Shown piece after piece: positions 57,340-64,000 of a stretch of 64,000 nt of DNA. Under the pieces are notes generated by a model. It ran no database searches and was not told where the DNA came from. It saw only the letters and a program-made list of their open reading frames with translations. Location: NCBI GenBank assembly GCA_000004985.1, contig GG738861.1. One strand, written 5' to 3'. A program made the translations under genes and the position numbers. How positions within the stretch are numbered: position 1 is the stretch's first letter; the number at the start of each line of letters is the position of its first letter. This DNA is from Naegleria gruberi. Its lineage: Eukaryota.

Positions 57340-58948
57340 TTAAACCAAATTGTGAGTTGGCAAATTTGTTGCACTAACAGTACATGGTGTAGTATCTGGA
57401 GTGACGTAGGTATTAGTAGTGAATTTCAATGGAGTCAAAGAGACACCACCAATAGTACTATCAAAGGTCAATTCAACCATAGCAGCAGTCCATCCACTTG
57501 TTGGATTATTAATTAAAACTTGCCATTCGAGTGATTTAGTTTCAATTAAGGTTTGATTTTGCCAAACATTGGATCCAATGGTGGTAGTTCTGAAATCGTG
57601 TGCAGTTGGATTGGTGGCGTACCAAACTTTAACACTGGATGGCTTAATTCCATTACTAACTGAAACATAAATGACAACACCTGCATTCACATATTCATGA
57701 GAGAAACTGTACTTTGGAAGAATTTGATTATTCAATCTGGAAGTGTAGAATGTTCCAAGAACAGCAAGAACATCAGTGTTGAGCATGTAGTGACCAGTGT
57801 TTGGAAGGAAACGAACATACTTTTCACCCTTAATCTTTGAATAGGAAAGTGCATTAAGATCTCTATACATTAAGGTGAGATTAAATTATGAAATTATGAA
57901 AGAAAACTTACGGAGCAAAGAATTCATCACCCATAGAAAGTATTTGATACTTTGGAATAGTTTGCAATCTAACATAATTAGCTGGATCAACAATATCTGT
58001 CAAACTGTCAAAAACATCATTGAAAAGATAATCAATGACACCTGCAGAAACATAATCATGGAAAGCAAGAGGCCAAGCACATAAATTATTATAAGTTCTC
58101 AAAATGAAATCTCTTGTTCCAAATACAGGAATAACCATTGGAGCAATTGCAGAAACTCTTGAATCAACTGCAGCCAACAACAAGGTGGTCCATCTGATAT
58201 TCAATAGGAGGAGATTAGTTAATATATTATTCGAATGGTTAATAATGAAAGTGATGAAAAAGAACTTACCCTCTCTTTGAAGCACCACTAACAAAGAATG
58301 TTTCAACATTATGATTAACTTGTTTCTTAACAAAAGCAACAACAGCATCCATTGCCATCTTACTTCCCTTAACTTGAGGTAATTGAGTAACATACAATAA
58401 ATTAGATGGATCACTTGTATTACTCATGAAACGATTCCAACCGAATCCAATAATAGCATCTTCAGTTCTACTAGTATGAGTAGAATCAGAAGCATAGGTA
58501 ATTGGTTGATTTGGTACAATATATACAATAGCAGTAATACTCTTTGTGGTAACTGCAAGATTATAAGTGAAGGAAGGAACATAAATTGGTGAAGCTGATG
58601 AATCAGTTGCTCCAGGAACATCAGCATTGGTATTACCATTTGTGATAAAGAAGAAACTTTCATGATTATTCTTATTCAATTCATTTGGAATTGTAATTTC
58701 CAAATAATGGAACCAGGTGTGAGCTGAGCCAACCTCTGATTCAGGCAACCAAGTGAGAGAGGTAACATTCAATGTGTAGATGGTAGCACCAGTGATGGTT
58801 CTACTACTGATTAATTTGTAGGCATAAACACTTTCTGGTAAATTAACATAGTTTCCCAAAGATTGTTTGAAATTGACTGAAGTTGAGTGGACGAAACTGC
58901 ACAAACAGACCATGAGAATGGCCATAATCACAATATTTAACTTGTTCA
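57340..58948 (-). CDS. Secreted alpha/beta-hydrolase-like protein, PhoPQ-activated-pathogenicity-related (PqaA) family-like. Three exons: 58948-58270, 58203-57912 and 57862-57340
   Basis: Signal peptide (MNKLNIVIMAILMVCLCSFVHS). 'FFVSGASKRGWTTLLLAAVD' is reconstituted across intron 1 (GTAAGT...ATATCAG). 'LSMGDEFFAP|DLNALSY' lies across intron 2 (GTAAGT...TGTATAG). The family assignment is from memory of the PqaA family, not from a search. Confidence 0.45.
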
Positions 58949-59913
58949 TTGTTAAATAGTATTGTTTTGTTTTTTTAAAGTTTAATACATAGTGTTTGCT
59001 CCAGCACAATGTTTTTATTGTGTTGGAGCATTTATTTAATTATGGCATTTGATTGACAGTTTTGGTTTATTATGCGCTTAATTTTCCTTCATGTGTTGTG
59101 TGTTTACAACTTTTCGCAACTATTGCATTAACACTTTAATAATAATAGAGTAATAGATCTATTTATGGAAAGTTTCAATAGTTTTCAGAACTCGTAAAAC
59201 AAGCTTTAAGGTATAATAACAATGCTTTTGCTGACAATCAATATTATGTTTTTGGCTAAGATGATACACTAAAGGAATTCTTCTGTTTAGAGCAATGCGT
59301 AATCATTAGTTAATAGTTAAGACGAAATATTTCCAATAACTGCGTCTCGTCAAGCAGAGTCTGTGCATGGTATGCAAAACTGTAGTGGTATCTTTTGTAA
59401 TATACCTTAATCATGAATACATTAATGGCAGACGATCTTAACCTTAATAATTTCTATTCAAAAAACAATTTACCTATGAGTAATTCCTTATTACAATTTG
59501 AACTGTTTAAGAAATTCAATGCAATAAACAACAGCTTCAAATTCATCTTGTTTTCCTCTTTCCAATATCTAAAAGATCATTTAGTTAACTTTCCTCACCT
59601 TCCTCCTACAGAGGAGCAAGGGAGAAACGAATATTGAAATCTCTTCCTCTTCATTGAATACTCTCAACACATTGCCCTCCAGTAAAATTTGTGAAATCAA
59701 AAGACCCTGGAAAATTCTCAAAGGATAAAAAATTAAGCAACAAGTTGAATTGGATTATGTGAATGTTTAGCAAAGAGTACCATTTAGGAAATAGTATTAC
59801 TTTGCAAATACCACCCATTATAATAATCATCATCTCTGTTCTAATGATTATAATGGGTGGTCACTAACACAATTTTCAAATGATTAGTGACAAATCAACA
59901 CAATTAAAAAAAA

Positions 59914-61682
59914 ATGAGAGTCCACCAACACAAATGTTCAGTTTGTCTTGAAGATGACGATGAAGAATTGGCACTCTATTCCTGTGTTCAATGTAATGTC
60001 AAATTATGTGATTTCCACAAGAAGAAACACTCAAAAAAATATTCCACTCATGAAATTAGTCCACTTTCAGATCAAATTTGTCCTCAACACAATTTAGCCA
60101 TAAATATTTATTGTAGAACTTGTGAGAGTTTGGTTTGTCCAACGTGTGGTTTTACAAAGGAACATAAAGGACATGATTGTGCTCTGATAGATGATGCAAG
60201 TGAAGAGGAACGAATCTTATTGCCGAAACTAGTGGATGAACTAACTTTGAAAATTGAAGAATGGCATAAGGAGAAGGGTAGTTCACAAGATGAAGATTTA
60301 AAAACAGAGTTGAGTGTTATTGAAAAGAAGAAAATGGATTTGAAAGAACAAGTTTGTCATGAAATTGAAAAGATGAAACAAAAATTGGAATTGAGAAAGG
60401 AAGAATTGAATAGGGAAATTGATACAAAATGTAATGAAAAGAGTTCTATTGTGAATAATCTGATTTCCTTCAAGGAAAAGACTCTAGATTTGGAACGAAC
60501 TTTTAAGGAAATTGACAATATGTCAAATTTTGAAATGATGTTTGCCAAGGTTGTTAAATACAATCAAGTTAAGAAGGATTTCAAATTGGCAACTGAAAAG
60601 GAACTATTCACTCACTTATCAGATCTTCATAACATTGATCTCATTAACTTTTACACAATTGTCAGTCAGGTAATTACCGTCGTTGAGAAAATGGGAAAGA
60701 TTAAAGCAGAATCCATTCAAAAGAAAGATTTAAAAGTGGAATTCACCAATCTAGGAGCAGAAGGAAGAACTGGTCCCACACAGATTGGGAATTTTTACAA
60801 TAACAATCTTCACATGAAAGATAAGGTCACTCTCATTAACAGTGGAATTCAACAGTGGACAGTTCCATTCACTGGAAAGTATAAAATCATTGCTGCAGGT
60901 GCATGTGGTGGATCAAATCCTTCCAATGGAAAGAGAGGAGGTTACGGAGCTATCATTTCAGGTGATTTCACTTTGGAAAGGAATACAATTTTACAAATAC
61001 TTGTTGGTCAGCAGGGAAGTTCTGCTATTGGTGGAAGTGGTGGTGGTGGTGCAGGTGGTGGTGGTGGAACATTTATTTGCTCAATTGGTAATAATAGCAG
61101 CAAGAAAATTGAGAATTCTTCTCCAATCTTGTTAATTGCAGCAGCTGGAGGAAATGGTGCTAGTTGGAGTAGTTGGAAAACGAATGGACCTGGTGGTAGA
61201 TTACCAAAAGCTCAAGATGCTTCACTCTCAATTGGAAAAGCTGGTAGAGGAAGTGGTGGTGCTGGATGGATTAATGATGGAGAAATGGATAAAACTTCCA
61301 CTAATGGATTTGGTGTCAGTTTCTGTAGAGGTGGTCAAGGTGGTAGTTATAATGGTTCTTATGGAGCCAATGGTGGATTTGGTGGTGGAGGTGGTAAGTT
61401 ACTTCAATTCCACATTTATTTACAAATATTTTACAATTATTTTACAATTATGAATATATTCATATTATTATGATTTTAATTTCAAATTAATTTAAATAAG
61501 CTTCTGTACATGAAGGTGGAGGTGGTGGAGGTTATATTGGTGGATCATGTGTTCCTGAGAATAAGTATGATATACCATTTCCTGATTATGGAGCTATTTC
61601 ATTTAATGGAGGAATTAATCAAGATGGAAAGGAAGATGCTAATAGTACACATGGATATGTAACTATTCAATTACTTCAATAA
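59914..61682 (+). CDS. B-box zinc-finger / coiled-coil (TRIM-like) protein fused to an ALK-type glycine-rich domain. Two exons: 59914-61393 and 61501-61682
   Basis: Two B-box-like Cys/His clusters ('CSVCLEDDDEELALYSCVQCNVKLCDFHKKKH' and 'CPQHNLAINIYCRTCESLVCPTCGFTKEHKGHDC'). About 200 aa of coiled coil. The C-terminus is 'GACGGSNPSNGKRGGYGAIISGD...GGSGGGGAGGGGGTF...AAAGGNGAS...GGAGWINDGE...GGQGGSYNGSYGANGGFGGGGG|A SVHEGGGGGGYIGGSCVP'. A 107-nt GTAAGT...AATAAG intron closes in frame. Confidence 0.6.
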
Positions 61683-61846
61683 TAAAATGATTTACAATAT
61701 TATTATCCACCATTCAGATTTTCTATAAAGTTAATGTGGTTTCAAGAGAATTGTCAATACTGATTGTCTTGTTGTATCTCAATGTTGGGAGAATCTATTT
61801 TCCAAACTAAACTTTAAACTTATTCGAAATGTCATATTAAAAAAAA

Positions 61847-63799
61847 ATGGTCTCAAAAATAGGTATGGATTCAAGAAACTTTCCAACTTTTCTAACACAA
61901 TGAATCTGTCATCATCATTCACAATATATATTTACATATAATATTACTAACAATACTAATAATATTATAATACTTGATAATATTTACAAAAACAATATTA
62001 TAGGACAATATCAATTATATCAAACACTTGGTAAAGGAAACTTTTCCAAAGTTAAATATGGACAAGATATGAATGATGGAACAACGTGGGCTATTAAAAT
62101 CATTGATCGTAAAATGATTCAACAGGAAAATTTGGAATCTCAACTGAGACGTGAAATTGCCATTATGAAATTATTATCACATCGACATGTTATTAGATTA
62201 CGTGAAGTTTTACAATCACCTAGTAATATTTATATTGTTTTAGAATTGGTTACTGGTGGTGAATTGTTTGATCGTAGGTTTTTTTAACAATGTATTTCAT
62301 CATCATTATCATTTTAATTATTTATTTAATTATTATTATTATTTTGTATGATGATCATTTTCATTCCGATGATGATCATCATCATGAATATTTTATTTAT
62401 TGATGTGATGAAAATATTAAACAAATGATAACTATCGGATATGATTTACTAATTAAATTAATAATAATTAATAATAATTAATCATAATAATAATTATGAA
62501 TACATATGATAATAATATATAATAGGTATTGTAAAGGCTAAAAGATTTGATGAATGTCAATGTAGAAAATATTTCCATCAACTCATTTCAGGAATTCACT
62601 ATTGTCATGAACAAGGTGTATCACATAGAGATTTAAAACCTGAAAATTTATTATTGGATGATAAGGATGTTTTGAAAATTAGTGATTTTGGTTTGAGTGC
62701 TTTATGTGTTGGAGCAGGTGATTCAAAAAAGATGTTAACTACTACATGTGGTACTCCAAATTATGTTGCACGTATGTAATATTTATTATTTTAATAATTA
62801 ATTATTGAGATTTACAATAATATTTAATATAATATTTTCATTTACAAACATATTTCAATTGTCGTAACAAAAAAACAGCTGAAGTATTAATGGAAAAAGG
62901 GTATGATGGTAAAAAAGCTGATATTTGGTCATGTGGTGTAATATTATATGTCATGTTGTCTGGTCACTTTCCTTTTTCAGCTGATTCCATACAAGGTAAG
63001 CAGTTTTGAATTCAAAACATTAATCTATTTATTTTTCTTAAAAGAATTATTTAAAAAGATTAAGAATGGAGAATATAATCCATTTCCTGAATATTTTTCA
63101 TCGGATGCTAAAGATTTAATTAGAAGAATGTTGGTAGTTAATCCAGATTTTAGAATTTCAACAGAGAGTGTACTGAAACATCCGTGGTTTACTCAGGAGG
63201 AAGAATACAATTTATCATCATCATCATCACCAACATCAAGTTTAATTTCTACTGAAGGTTTAATTTCTGAAAATTTAACACAGGAACAAATTGATAGTTC
63301 AGTTAAGGAGTGTGCCAATGAATCTGTTCTATCATCTGAACCAAATTTGGTAGAAAAGAAAGTACTATTGAATGCATTTGATTTGGCTAGTATAATGATG
63401 AGTGGTATTGTTAATCCACTCGTTCAAAGAGTTACCACTAATCAAGTAACTATTAGACGTGAAACTAGATTTATTGCAGGAGGAGATAAGCATTCAGTTT
63501 TGGAAAAAATCAAATCAACTCTATCAGATGTTTTACAAGTTAAAGTTTCAACGACACACTTAGGTGATTCTAAACTTTCACAACAAAATAGTGATCATAA
63601 TTTTGCAGATTTGAAATGTTTTGCTACTATTCAACAAGTTGGATTAACTTTTAGTGTTAAAATTGAAGCTACTCAAGGCGGTTTTTGTCTGGTGGAATTT
63701 AGAAGAGGAAAAGGAAGCATTATTGATTATAATAACTTGTACAGACAAATTTTGAATGCTCTCCCTGATTTGGTAATGTCACAATCATCAGAACAATAA
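61847..63799 (+). CDS. CIPK-like (SnRK3-type) Ser/Thr protein kinase with a NAF/FISL motif. Five exons: 61847-61862, 62004-62273, 62526-62771, 62879-62995 and 63045-63799
   Basis: '[12 protein letters not shown]...WAIKII', '[12 protein letters not shown]', 'ISDFGLSA' and 'GTPNYVAPEVL' (split by intron 3) are present. After the kinase domain come '[14 protein letters not shown]' (NAF-like) and '[27 protein letters not shown]', which resembles the CIPK C-terminal 'VVEVRK..GD..E[FY].KFY'. Confidence 0.75.
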
Positions 63800-64000
63800 T
63801 TATTCCAAATCAGCTCCATGTAATTCCAATAATTTTACTAGTGCTGAATTTCCCTTCTTTACTGCCCAAAACATTGCTGTCTAAATTGTTATTTTGTAAA
63901 CTATACCAAATTATAAATACTTACTTGCTATTTTTGAAATATTAGAAATTAAAATATACTCATTCTACTTACACCATTCTTATTCTTCATATTCGGATCC

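Noticed and set aside
1-64000. Prokaryotic-style features (operons, RBS, CRISPR arrays, IS elements)
   Set aside because: The sequence is eukaryotic: spliceosomal GTAAGT...AG introns interrupt conserved proteins, poly-N/Q tracts are present, and the genes are monocistronic. No direct-repeat/spacer arrays, inverted-repeat-flanked transposase genes or rRNA were seen.
63995-64000. The window ends in GGATCC (a BamHI site), suggesting a cloning boundary or vector junction
   Set aside because: A single 6-mer at the edge is expected by chance about once per 4 kb. No vector-like sequence is present.

Overview
The window is not prokaryotic. It looks like a nuclear genomic segment from a very AT-rich eukaryote, most consistent with a dictyostelid social amoeba (Dictyostelium-like). 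The evidence is roughly 75-80% AT, poly-Asn and poly-Gln tracts inside proteins, and many short AT-rich introns (about 45-110 nt) with GTAAGT...AG boundaries that I could place by reading conserved proteins across them. Genes are dense, about one per 1.5-2 kb, and sit on both strands. There are no CRISPR arrays, rRNA genes, operons or obvious transposons.

Recognisable genes include:
- metabolism: ornithine decarboxylase, a 5-exon long-chain acyl-CoA synthetase, a 3-exon FAD2-type delta-12 fatty-acid desaturase, a MoaA-like radical-SAM enzyme;
- transporters: a divergent pair of ABCG-type paralogs;
- extracellular: a large G8-domain/beta-helix (CEMIP/TMEM2-like) protein, an EGF-like cysteine-rich secreted protein, a PhoPQ-related secreted hydrolase-like protein;
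- signalling and regulation: a PAS-PAS-cyclase, a CIPK-like protein kinase with a NAF motif, an AIG1/GIMAP-like membrane GTPase, a Zn2Cys6 transcription factor, a SIRT2-like sirtuin;
- others: a TANGO2 homolog, a kyphoscoliosis-type transglutaminase-like protein, an RRM protein, three members of an F-box/RNI-type LRR family, and a B-box/coiled-coil protein fused to an ALK-type glycine-rich domain.

The most interesting observations:
- One ABCG paralog has lost its entire ATPase core.
- The cyclase domain is C1-like and lacks the Asn/Arg transition-state residues.
- Single-base frameshifts at short homopolymer runs cluster between 49 and 57 kb and break otherwise conserved genes, the sirtuin at least three times; this is either low assembly quality or local pseudogenisation.
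- There is a truncated tRNA-Glu-like element, and a roughly 50% GC island with no ORF that may be a ncRNA.

The supplied ORF track uses bacterial alternative starts (TTG/GTG). Several listed starts are therefore not ATG, and I re-anchored them to the first plausible ATG.
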